Positions 12,022 to 23,897 of a DNA stretch of 64,000 nucleotides are shown here, in pieces. The stretch is from positions 4,836,001-4,900,000 of the forward strand of contig NC_047062.1 of assembly GCF_902459465.1 (NCBI RefSeq), read 5' to 3'. The first letter of the stretch is position 1. Every line of letters starts with the position of its first letter. A model generated the notes under the pieces. The model was not told where the DNA came from. It was given only the letters and a program-made list of their open reading frames with translations, and searched no databases. The stretch comes from Asterias rubens. Its lineage: Eukaryota. The position numbers and the translations under genes are program-made.

Positions 12022-13538
12022 TGTCTACCAGATTTCCTCCTCCCATGCTTAGGGGTCCACAGAACAATATTGGACACTGATTTGCTCCTGTAGCAGTGGC
12101 CAGCAAAACACATTCTTCTGCGTCTGATTTTTGCTGAGAGCTTGGGTAGGTTCCTGTATAGAAGTCATGAAATAATGGGTGGATGGAAATATTTAAGTGT
12201 CTGGGGAAAGAAGTTACCACAGGTGCCACGACACCTTCCATACTGTGACACCGAGGGAAGATCAGAGATTTTTTTTAAAGATTTACAGAGGGGGGGGGGT
12301 AATTACATATATAAGTTGGGTGGGAAATACTTTTTCAAGTTGCCACTTGCAATATTTGGATCCTGGTTTTCAGTCATTCTTTTGAAAAGAATACTTGCAC
12401 CCACACTGACGAAGTGTTATAGGTTTTTGTTCAAAGTTGAAAACCAGAAATCCATAATTTGTTTATTTATTTACTTATTTATTTATATATACATGTTATG
12501 TATATATAAATATAAATTTTTGTGTGTGGGGGGGGGGGGTAATTAAAGTGATCTTTGTACCAGTCTGGCTTTATACAAAATAACACACAAAGCATACAGA
12601 GCTTGAATTTATTTAGTTTAATCTCAATCACCAGGTCATTATTTTCAGTTTGAAACAAAAGTTATTAAGTAAAATAATTCACTACATGTACAGTAATGAG
12701 AATTGTACCCAATCGAATACAACTGTATGAAACACTAAAATATAAGCCTGATGCAAGAATGAAGATAAACAAAATAAAGCCATTATTTCTTCCATGTCAA
12801 ATCCTACACCATCTGGAAAACCAACTGCACCTAGGTGTGACATACAGCTGGAAGAATGACCATAACTCACCTAGTGATTCCGGTTCCGAGTTATTCTACT
12901 AGCATTTGGCACCCCTTGCATTTTCTATGCAAGCAGACTTCTTTGCAAGAAAACTGCTGTACTTAAAAAAGTCCAAGTCTAGCGCATTGTACCTTCTACA
13001 ATTCATGTATTTTTTGGTTCTCTTTTTAGTGACTGACATCCTCATTGCTTTTGTACACAATATCAAATTGAAAACCTTGACCTGACAAAATACATGATCC
13101 CTTTTCTTTAAGTCTACCACGAGTTGAGTTAAGACACACTCACTAACAATAAACATAAGCAGTTACTTAACACAATTATTTACATAAACACTAGTACAAA
13201 TCCAATGTACATGTATTTACAAAAGCAAGTCTTCTTCAGCTTACATCCCCTGACCTCAAAAGTTCTGAGCTTTCTGTTGTTTATTTTGCAAAAGCAGTTC
13301 ATTCCCTTCTTTTGAACAAGTGAGTATACAGATAACTGTAGAACTGTTGGAAATGAAAATGAAAATAGCAAAACCGGTGAATTATAGCCGACTGGCAAAT
13401 TCACAGAACACAATGCTTCACTAGGTCACAAATCCAACTTGCATACTCCATTCAAGTCAGAAACATGAGCCATGGTTGCCATAAAAGTCTTTCGTGATCG
13501 TTCATTTGTCTAACAACAGTTTCTCATCCCTTTGTGCA

Positions 13539-14891
13539 TCACTGCTTCGCTGTTGCCAGAGGATTCCTCAACACTAGGATAACGCTATCCCCTCGCAGGA
13601 ACATCTTGGAAATATAACGATCCTTGTTGACAGGTTTGGATTTTTTCTTCCCTTTACCGGCTTTTGGTGTTTCTGTCCACATCTCCTTCACATTCTCCAG
13701 TACCATGTTGCAATGTCTGAAAGTAAATTGGAAAGTTTTGATGAAAAGGCTGTAAACACACCGCAGAAATCAAGAAATATAATGAGTAAAGGGAACAGTA
13801 AATAAAAAATACCAAATACAGATTGCACCACAGACAGCACCTTGTAAAAACTTACTACATGCTACATATGGATTTGCATACCTGTCAATCATACAGAAAT
13901 TGAGTGCACATAAATTCATTTAATTTCATTTAATAATTCTGGTTGTGCACCTTTGAAGCAAAGGATTCTCAGAAAAGTGGTCTTTTCTACAGAACCCCTT
14001 AGCTTCGAGAAAAGACAAAGAAGAAGTTTCATGTTATAGGTGTGGGAGGGAAAACCCCAGATATTTATATAGATTGTTATGAGCTTATGGCTTTCTTTAA
14101 TAACAATGGTCTATCCATCCTCCATGGTCTACAGTCGCCATTGAATGATAAGACTGATGTGCAAAGAGAGCCATAACACTAAGTAATCCAAACAAAGAGG
14201 GCTAATGGTGGTGGTGGCTAGCTGTTAAATTACCTATCAAATGCCTTGACTCTTCCAAGTAGTTTCTTGTTGTTTCGACAATTGATTAAAACTTGTGTGT
14301 TGTTCTTGACGGACTGTGTAAGGACAGACAATGGTCCTGTATTGAACTCTTCTTCTTCTCGCTTAGCGAGCTCCTCTGATGTCATCTCGCTCTTTGGTTT
14401 CGTTAATAACCTAAAGGGAGGGAGAAGAGCAGGAAAAAATGTGGTCATTGCCATATAGCCCCATTTATGATTTAATTTAAGGGCCAATCAATCAACTGAA
14501 CTTCCATTTGTTGAACCAAAATGTGCAACTGACGTTCACGTAGGTTGTAAAATGTTCTTGTTCATGTTGGTAATGTTGCATGATTCACCCAAGTAATAGC
14601 CCCACTGGTGTGGCCAAGTTTGTTATAGAGAACTACATTCACTCATATTTTACCTTTATCCCAAATAAATAGGGGTTTGGATGCATTTGAATGCTTCCCC
14701 GCCATGTGTAATAAAAAGAGCAGAGCGTATATTAACATGCACATTTTAATTTTTTTATCTGCCATTGTTTTTCTTCAGAAACCCCCATATTTTTGGTCTA
14801 TATTTAGCTTAAATCAAATAAATAAATATGCCACAATAAAGCCATATACCCTCATTACACATTGTTGACAAAAAAATACAACTTACGACAT
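13539..14891 (-). CDS. SNRPD2: Small nuclear ribonucleoprotein Sm D2, 119 aa
   Basis: Exons 14891-14887 (ATG TC|gtaagt), 14410-14234, 13716-13539; 360 nt. Translation [76 protein letters not shown]...[23 protein letters not shown] is a near-perfect SmD2 match. Confidence 0.98.
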
Positions 14892-15300
14892 GTTGAAGGG
14901 TCAGATGCAGTGGATTTCAAAGATGATTAAGTCGTCTGCGAACGATGAATGTAACGTTTGAGTAACGCACTTAAACGATCATCAAAACGAACTACGCGCA
15001 AACCCCTGGCACATCACACAACACACACTGCATGCCGATCGCTTGTCCTTGTTTTGTGTTATTGCCCGAGCGAAGTATCGAAAGAACGAGGTTGATACAA
15101 ACATTACACCGTCTGGCTACGTTTATGTTCTTTCATCGGCACGTATATTTTGTATAATAGACGTCTGGGTATGTTTCATAATTGAAATACTCCTTCTCAG
15201 GTTTTAGTAAGTACCAAAAACAACCGTACCGACCGCTACGTGTATTTTGTTGGTGCTCTTGTTTTTGTGCTGGCCGCGGGGAGCTACTAAACTGCGGAAG
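14892..15300. promoter_or_regulatory. Bidirectional promoter between SNRPD2 and FKBP2 copy A, including FKBP2-A non-coding exon 1
   Basis: SNRPD2 ATG at 14891 (-). A GC-richer segment ending in donor GCGGAAG|GTAAGG at 15300/15301 has a homologue upstream of the second FKBP2 copy (donor 23065/23066). Confidence 0.7.
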
Positions 15301-16245
15301 GTAAGGACCTCCATGGTTATATTATTATTTGGGGGAAAACAAAAAAACATAAGCATTTCCCTTTTTTCCTATGTTTGTTGCCTAACTGTTGAGCTTTTTA
15401 TTTAGGTTGTCTATTTTTCTTGGTGGTTCTCAGAATTTTTAAACATCAATTTTTATTTTTAGTGCCACTTCATTCCTTCCTTGCTCTATTTTATGCTATG
15501 GTTTCAGGTAATTGTCTCTTTTTCAAGTATTCTTGATTGTTCTTATAATTTTAAACATTGGCCATTGTATTGTATTGTTTTATTGTTACTTCATATTATC
15601 ATAGCTTTGCTTTGGTAATATAATACTATAATACTCTCTCTTTATTTAGTGTTCTATGTGTAATGTGGTTTTTAATTAGGCAGTTCCGTCAAGTTGATTT
15701 CACGTGCACGTACACAGTCACAGCCCCGAAAAAAAAGAACGAAATATATTAAATCATACCTCACATTTTGTACAACTCACAACTATGACACTTTAAAGCA
15801 GGCAGGAGCATTTTCTCCTCTTGCTTACATTTTAATTTTTTTTTTAAATCGGATGAATAGTTTCGGAGGTATTGTACAAAAATAGAGAGCAACGACAGAA
15901 ACGTGTTTCCATAATGTTCCACCACAAGAGGGCGTGTGTTACAATAAGTTTGATATGATAGGCCGGGGCTCTAATTATGTTTCGTCTTGGTTGGGGCATG
16001 GAGCAATATGGTTGGGGGAAAGCTGCCCGATCTTGTTTTTGGTAATTTCCACGTTCTGACTTGATAATAACAGTCTGCTCATCTTGAGTCAAAAGAAACT
16101 AGTGTTTTATTATCTATTTTTAAGGCCTAACAATTGAATCGAAAGTAGAACAATAAATTGTTTGTATTTATTGTAGCAACTAGTTTGGAAAAGTTTCCGT
16201 ATGGCGCCACCACTTTTTCATTTGATATGAAATAAATCGAAACAG

Positions 16246-16419
16246 GTCAACTCGTACCCAAGTCAACTCGTACCCAAGTCAACTCGTACCCAAAATTTTG
16301 TACCCAAGTCAACTCGTACCCAAGTCAACTCGTACCCAAGTCAGCTCGTACCCAACAAGTCAACTCGTACCCGAGTGAACTCGTACCCAAGTCAACAAGG
16401 TCCCAAGTCAACTCGTACC
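16246..16419. repeat. 16-bp minisatellite (GTCAACTCGTACCCAA)n
   Basis: About 10 contiguous units, no spacers. Confidence 0.92.
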
Positions 16420-16559
16420 GTATAACGTACATTGTATGCCGAAACGGAGAATTCCCGTGCGGCGTGATTTTATAAGCGATAGGAAACGATGTTCTATGTT
16501 CCTCTAGTTTCTGCGTAAAATCATTCAGATCCACTTTTTAAAGCAAACAAATATGTTGG

Positions 16560-17260
16560 ATCATGACTTTGTAAACCCAATAGAAATACAAATTTGCGCG
16601 AGTTCTGATTAAAAAACACCCAAACTATTTAACCAAACCAATACAAAATTTATTGGTTTATTACTTTATAAACCCAATAGAAATACAAAATTGCTTAAGT
16701 TCTGATTAAAAAACACCCAAACTATTGAAACAAACCAATAAAAAATATGTTGGTTCATGACTTTTTAAACCCAATAAAAAAACAAATTTGCATAAGTTCT
16801 GTTAAAAAAAAAACTATTGAATGAAACAAACTAATAACAAATATATTGGTTCATTACTTTATAAACCCAATAGAAATACAAATTTGCGTAAGTTCTGATA
16901 CAAAAAAACACCTAATTAAAACAAACCAATTAAAAAATATTGGTTCATGACTTTTTAAATCCAATAGAAACAAAACAAAAACTAATTTAAACAAACCAAT
17001 AAACTATGAATTGGTTCATGACTTTTTAAACCCAATAGAAAATACAAATTTGCGTAAGTTCTTATTCTATTTTTCAGGGAAACAAAACTACAACTTATTC
17101 AAACAAACCAATGAAAAAATAGATTGGTTCATTACTTTTAACCCAAATACATATTTGTGCAAGTTCTGAGTATCTCTCTTCGAAACTAAACAAAAATGTT
17201 AACCAAACAAAAATACGTGTTTCATAACTTTTTTTTCCAACCCAGTACAATTTGTCCGAA
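16560..17260. repeat. AT-rich tandem repeat of about 100 bp in FKBP2-A intron 1
   Basis: Recurring AAACCCAATAGAAATACAAATTTG...AAACAAACCAAT unit, about 7 copies; absent from copy B. Confidence 0.85.
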
Positions 17261-17863
17261 GTTCTGATTAATTTTCCCAACCGAATTAACAATGATCCCT
17301 GTTGCGTAGATAAATGTATGATTATAAATAATATCATCAATATAAATAACCCAGCAGGCACACGACGTCTTTCTGACGTCATATTATGGTTGATTTTGAG
17401 TCGCGATGTCAGATTACCAAAAAGTGACTATAAATACAACGTCAGATTGGCGACAAGAATCAAACGTAAATTAATAACCTGGTATGGACGTCGTAAGATG
17501 GTCATGACTATGATAACTAAAATGTAACCGAAAATGAACGTTACATTTTAGGTAGATTTATAACTTAATGGTAACGTCATTGACCAGACGTTACTTAGAC
17601 GTAATTTTATTGTCATAGTCTAACCATCGTTTTATTACAACAGTCTGACCATAATAAGACGTTGCATTAATGAAATTGGGCACTGGTAAAGGTCTATACT
17701 GGGAATCTGGAATAATATATCATAGCTCTTGGTCATGTTCCTTTAATCTCGAGGGTTATGATGATCACACCAAGTAAAGGTCCAAATTTGTTATTAATCA
17801 TTCATTTTGACATTACTAATATAATAAAACATCTGTTTTTTTAGTTGAAGAGCAATTTCAAAG

Positions 17864-20325
17864 ATGGTATCTTTAAAGGTGGCGCTGACTGCTGGGATAG
17901 TTACATTCATCCTCATCGCCGGTCTTGTTGTTGTTGTTGTGGTGGTGGTTGAGGCTGGTGACAAGCCTAAGAAGCTCCAGATCGACGTCACGAAGAAGGT
18001 GGAGAACTGTGACCGGAGATCCAAAGTTGGTGATTCCTTGCATATGCATTACACAGTAAGGAAGAGAAAACCATTATTTTCTAGATCATGACTTGCCAAT
18101 GAATTATCCTACCTATGGTGTTCATGCACCTGTTTTGTCTATAAGGCTTTGATTTCTATTTTGCTTATTTTGTTTCGGTGTAATTTTTTCTTAGGGCATT
18201 TTGACTGTAATGTGCCCCAATATCACAGTGCGTTATATTCATGCCATAAGTCTGCACTTTACTTGGAAGAAGAATAGGCTGGTTCTGGAGAGAGAGCAAT
18301 AGAAATTCAAAAAATTATTTTAATTATTATATTTAGAAAGGTCCTGATACACACCATCTTTACAGCAACTGGGGTTTTGGACTATTATGAGCCGAACCAT
18401 TCACCCTTTGTGGACTTAACTTTATTTAGAGCCCACCATTAAAATTGGTCTAGCTACAGCACTGGTGGTCTGTTTTGTATTGACATCATATGGGTGCTGC
18501 AGAGATTTGGACACGTTGGTGTTTCTCAGCTGAACTTGTAAAATCCAGTTGGAAGTTTTTCAGGTTCTGATATTGAGGTTTATTTTAAGTCCAATTAATT
18601 ACTAAGCCATCAGCCAATAAATGTTTCTAACCTAAGATTTGTTTCCAATTTGATCTCTTGACTTTCTTTGTTTTTTGTGGTCCTTTAATTTATTGTATTT
18701 GTTTAAATCCAGGGCACACTAGAAGATGGAACCCAGTTTGACAGCAGCATTCCAAGGGGGAGTCCGTTTGTTTTTACTCTTGGCGCAGGCCAGGTGATCA
18801 AAGGCTGGGACGAGGGACTACTCAAGTGAGTATTCAGTAGCTTTAGGGCTTAATTGGTTTGGTGACACCTGTTGGAAGGTGTTCAATTTAGTTTCCTTGG
18901 TAATAAGCAAGTTGCTAGTGCATCTGTATCTTATTTGCACGTTCTCGTCATAGAGAGACCGGCTTTTGCTGGACTTTCTTTGCCTCAATGCTGCAGGCTT
19001 TGCCTGGTCTCATGTTTTCCCTCTTGGTTTTTGATTTCATTCAGATTGTTGTTGTTTTTTTTCTTGTTATTCTCTGAGTGCTTTGCAACCCATAGGAAAA
19101 GGTGCTTTATAAATGGTGTTGATATTATTATTACCATTGCACTCATAAACATTCATTATGTGTATAATATTGTTGATCATGATGCATGCAATAATTGTAT
19201 TTGTTCATTACACAATTTTCAGCATGTGTGTTGGAGAAAAGAGAAAACTAGTTATCCCATCTGATCTAGGATATGGAGACCGAGGATCACCTCCCAGAAT
19301 CAAAGGTGAGTGGCCCTCCCCTTTTATCTGTTATGAGGTATACTAAACAAACAGATTGATGATTTTCTTTTAAAGGCACTGGACACGTTTGATATAATAT
19401 GTCAAAGACCACCATTCTCACGTGGTGTATCCCAACATATGCATAAACTAAGCTGTGAAAATTGGACTCAACTGGTCCCATAGAAGTTACAATAGAGTAA
19501 TGGAGAGGTTTCGCAAGCGTACGGATACAGATACAGATACGGATATGATAACCGTATTTGTTCACGTCAACCGCGTATGGGATTTTGTTTCGCAAACTAT
19601 AGGCATGTTTCACTTGAGTGCGCTCGCATTCATAATGAGTGTTTTTCTGACAAACATGACCGAGAGACGCCGCATTTTATACACTGCACTTTCTCATCGT
19701 TTTGCTTGCAAATGACTATTAATTGTCTATATATCAAGCACGATACCAGTGAAAGCAATTCTGTGGGAAATGTTTTTGATCTGATTCAAAAAGACAACTA
19801 AAAGTCTGCAAAACAGTATCCGTTTTTGTACTACAGGTATGAGCTCCCGTATCCGTTGCTAACGTGTATTCAAAATACGATAGTCGGGGATACGCGTCAC
19901 GTGAACACACAAAGTGTCGACGTATCGGTATCTGTATGTGTATCCGACGCTTGCGAAACCTCTCTAAAGAAAGAAAAAATACCCTTGTTGTCAAAGTTTT
20001 TTGGCTTTCAGATGCCCTAGAAAAAACCTTCAGGCCCGGAGTCTTTCTCAGATTCAAATATTTGAGTGAGAAAATACCTCTTTATAAAAAAATTATGTTA
20101 CTTCAAAGGGAGTCGTTTCTCACTATGGCTTAACGGCTCTCTGTTGCTCGATACCAAGTAAATTTTTAGGCTAATATTTATTTCGAGTAATTACCAAACG
20201 TGTCCAGTGCCTTTAACATAAATGTTTACTTCGTGTAAAGTTGATAATAAAAATACTATCCTGCTTTGTTTTTTCCAGGGGGTGCTACTCTTGTCTTTGA
20301 AGTAGAGCTGATGAAAATTGGCTGA
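17864..20325 (+). CDS. FKBP2: FKBP2/FKBP13-like peptidyl-prolyl isomerase, copy A, 144 aa, lacking the C-terminal ER-retrieval motif
   Basis: Exons 17864-18055, 18713-18825, 19223-19305, 20279-20325; 435 nt. Signal-like N-terminus; FKBP motifs [58 protein letters not shown]-stop. Confidence 0.93.
19370..20216 (+). mobile_element. TTAA MITE family 1 in FKBP2-A intron, interrupted by a nested TIR element (19503-19964)
   Basis: TTAAAGGCACTGGACAC...GTGTCCAGTGCCTTTAA; nested element with TIR GAGAGGTTTCGCAAGCGT / ACGCTTGCGAAACCTCTC. Confidence 0.85.
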
Positions 20326-20653
20326 TGAAAATTGACCAAAGGGAGGAGCTATAACCAGTCCCCACCTGAGCTTAAAATCAAGCCTTATTTCTTAATTCTC
20401 AAACTAGAAGCATGGATAGCATTAGTGCAATGATTCGGTAGGGTTTTTCTATTTGAATCCTCTTGCTTCCTATAACAGGCATGCCACTTTTCAACTGATC
20501 AGCTGATTTCCTCTTTTTCTTTTCAAAAAAGTGCCTTAGAAAACTGAAAACACTGTATCAGCCATTTTTTTTTTTTTTAGAGAGTTGCATGTCTGAAATT
20601 AGAAAGTTGCATGTCTGAATTAAGCCGACAGAGAATACTTGTTTTCATACTCT

Positions 20654-21481
20654 TAGCCTGTAACACATAAATGGTGTTGATATTGAAATGGTCACTAAAC
20701 ATAAATACCTTGGGACTCACATTGATAGCCATTTAAATTGGAATGTTAATACACAGAAATTATGCTCTAAGGCTAATCAACGTTTGTATTTTTTAAGGAA
20801 ACTTAAGATTGTTAACATTGACCGGGATATTATCATGTTGTTTTACAAAAGCTGTAATTCAGTCTGTCATTGCGTCCTCTTGCATTGCATGGGCGAATGG
20901 TCTGTCTGTGGGTAATCAAAATAAAATCAACAGAATCACTAGATCTGCTAGTAAGCTCATTGGTATTCCTGTAAAAGACTTAGGTTCCATCTACGCGGCA
21001 GCTATATTGTCAAAACTCGAAAGTATACAACTTGATGATACCCACCCACTTCATACACCTTTTGTTTTTAATAAGTCTGGGAGATTGCGTCAACTCAAAT
21101 CCAACACTAATCGTCATCGTCTATCCTTCTTACCCAGTGCAATTTTCTATTTTAACAACAATTTTATTAGATAACTTGCTTCGTACTTCCCAATCCATGT
21201 CACCTACGGCCTCTCCCTCGTTCCCATGTATTGTCTTCCCACCCCTCCTACACCCTTCCTTCTCTCCTTTTCCCACCCCCTTTCCTTTCCAAGTCATCCT
21301 TAGTTTAGTTTCTGTTTTTATGTATATTAATTCCGTTGTATTTTAAACTATTTTTTTGTGCAATATGATATTTTTATTAGTGTTTTGTGCTATTTTTAAT
21401 GACTGTATTTTAATGTGCAATATCGGGGAAGTGATTTTCATGCTGGGCATGACGAATAACAAAATCTAATCTAATCTATCT
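20654..21481 (+). mobile_element. 5'-truncated non-LTR retrotransposon (L2/CR1-like RT C-terminus), frameshifted
   Basis: KHKYLGTHIDSHLNWNVNTQKLCSKANQRLYFLRKLK is a typical LINE RT C-terminal motif. A +1 A near 20857 breaks FYKAVIQSVI; the element ends in (ATCTA)n. It is absent at the paralogous site in FKBP2 copy B (about 27090). Confidence 0.85.
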
Positions 21482-22689
21482 AACATCATCAGTGTAAAAC
21501 TTGGTTGTGCCATGTTGAGAGTCATTGTAACCGTGTGTGATAATGGTGTAGTGTACATTTTAGGCCATGCAACTCTTAACTTACACACTTTGATTCCCAA
21601 AATTTGACTCCCAAAATGGCGAGCAGACAGAAGTAGAGTGTAATGTTGATGCAAAGGGTGAATAAGGGAAAGCACCGATGCTCAGTCAATGACTTTCAGA
21701 TGCTATATAGCAGAGATACAAATTCATATCCAGTTGTTGACATTTTGCACACTATTTTTTGAAACAATGAAATTGTTTAGTAAACAAGGTTCTATTTGTG
21801 ACTCCCAACAGTCTCCCAAAGAGATAAACAAAAACATTGATATTAGATTGAGTTCTTTACAAGGAGGGAAGAAACAATTACAGCTCAACAACATTATGAT
21901 ATATTACATTTTGCATTCATTCATTGTAATGTATCAAGGAGAATTGTCAAATTGTAGCAATAATATATTACGAGATCAGTTTTTGTATTGAATAAATATA
22001 AGAAAAGACCGAATTGACTTGGTCTTCCTCTATGGTGCAGATTGTTTGTATTGTCTCACTTGTAATATTATTGGTTTATATTCAGCAACAATTGTCAAGT
22101 TTGATAAATGAGTATTTTGTAATCAGCAAAACTACTACCTTTTTTTCATAAAAACAATTGAGGTTAATAAAAAGAAACTATGATTAATAACCAGAATGGT
22201 AAAAAGCGCGTTGGATTCCAGATTTTCTTAAAATTACCTTTTGATTGATTGATGTGTTTTTTTAGGGGGGGCACCCCCGTTGAGGTCATGGGCTTATTTT
22301 AAAGAAAAGGTCCAGCACAAACCTTGCCAGAAGTACCCACCAGACAAAAATGGTGCACCCCTTGTGTGCCCCTGTTACCCTAAAGAAAAAAAAAAAAAGA
22401 AAAAAATGTATTTTATCAAACTGACTCGGATTTGGCTCGGTATTTGCGGCCCATTTTTGTATTTATTTTTATTAGTTCAATATAATGTTTTGCTTAAAAA
22501 AAATTAAAAGTTAATAAATAAATATATTATCTATTAAAAAATTGTGTTTTATTGCTTAATATTGCAAAATTCGTTCGATTAAAATAACGGATTCCATATT
22601 TGAATCGAGCAAAATGCGAAATCTTGTCACCTCCCTGTACTGTATGTGTTCTATTTCCCGAATACGCGGCTGGTTTTTCCGGGAATACG

Positions 22690-22941
22690 TAGACTTGTGG
22701 ACAAGTCGTTAAATCGGCCCCACGTGCTGAGATAGTGCTCCCCCGACAACACTGCTCTCGCGCGAACTCACTGCTCTCGCGCGAACTGATGGCTCCCCGA
22801 TTTTGACTCCTCATTAATGAGGAGTCAAAATCGGGGAGCCATCAGTTCGCGCGAGAGCAGTGAGTTCGCGCGAGAGCAGTGTTGTCGGGGGAGCACTATC
22901 TCAGCACGTGGGGCCGATTTAACGACTTGTCCACAAGTCTA
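22690..22941. mobile_element. Perfect 252-bp palindromic fold-back MITE with 9-bp TSD (Mutator-like)
   Basis: Arms are exact reverse complements about ATT|AAT (22815/22816); termini TAGAC...GTCTA; GGGAATACG on both sides. Confidence 0.9.
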
Positions 22942-23897
22942 GGGAATACGCGGCTGGCAATTTCGGGCCCAAAACCGTACCGCTAAGCTACGTGTACTTT
23001 TTCTTGGAGCTCTTTTGTTTCTGTGCTGGCCGGCCGCCGGAAGAACTAACTCAAAACTGCGGAAGGTAAGGGCCTCCATGGTTATATTATTTCGAGGCAA
23101 TTTATCAAGTAAAAAAACATTAGCATTTCCCTTTGTTCCTTTGTTTGATGCCTAACTGTGCTTTTTATTTAGGTTTCTCTTTTTCTAATTTTCTTGGTGG
23201 TGGTGGTGGTTCTCAGAATTTTTAATAAGCATTGTTTATGTTATTTTTTATGGATAACTTTCCGTATGGCGCCACCACTTTTTCACTCTTTTTTAGAAAA
23301 AGGAATGGGTAACTTTCCGTATGGCGCCACCACTTTTTCACTCATTTTTACAAAAAGGGATATATTAATCAGGTAAATTTGATACTAAATTATTTCAAAT
23401 CGAATGAAAAAGTGGTGGCGCCATACGGAAACTTTTCCAAAGGGATATCTCATTGAGGTAAATTAGATACTATATTATTTCATATCGAATGAAAAAGTGG
23501 TGACGCCATACAGAAACTTTTCCATATTATTCACAGGTTAGCAGAAAAACTAGGCGGCCATATTGCGTGTTTACAATGGATTCTCCATGGATTTGCATTG
23601 TGGCGTCATTTATTTTTATGCAGTAAGCCCTTTTGTGTGCTTATAATTAGCATCGCTATGAAATGGAAATCGCACAGTAATCACGAAATCGACCACTGAT
23701 CGAGCAGCTCTATGAAATTGGGCCCTGGTAAATGTCTATACTGGGAATCTGGAATAATAGCTCTTGGTCACGTTCCTTTAATCTCGAGGGTAAAACTAAG
23801 TAAAAGGTCCAAATATGTTATTAGGATCATTCATTTTGACATTTCTAAATACAATAAAATCATCTGTTTGTTTTCTAGTTGAAGAGCAATTTCAAAG

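Noticed and set aside
16246-16419. CRISPR-like appearance of regular 16-bp repeats (also 33197-33605)
   Set aside because: Units are contiguous with no unique spacers, there are no cas genes, and the context is eukaryotic introns.
19503-19964. Nested TIR element as a fifth TAG-ended fold-back
   Set aside because: The left end reads TGG rather than TAG and no 9-10 bp TSD is visible.
20323-20354. Stop-codon readthrough restoring REEL in FKBP2-A
   Set aside because: A second TGA follows immediately and REEL is in a different frame.
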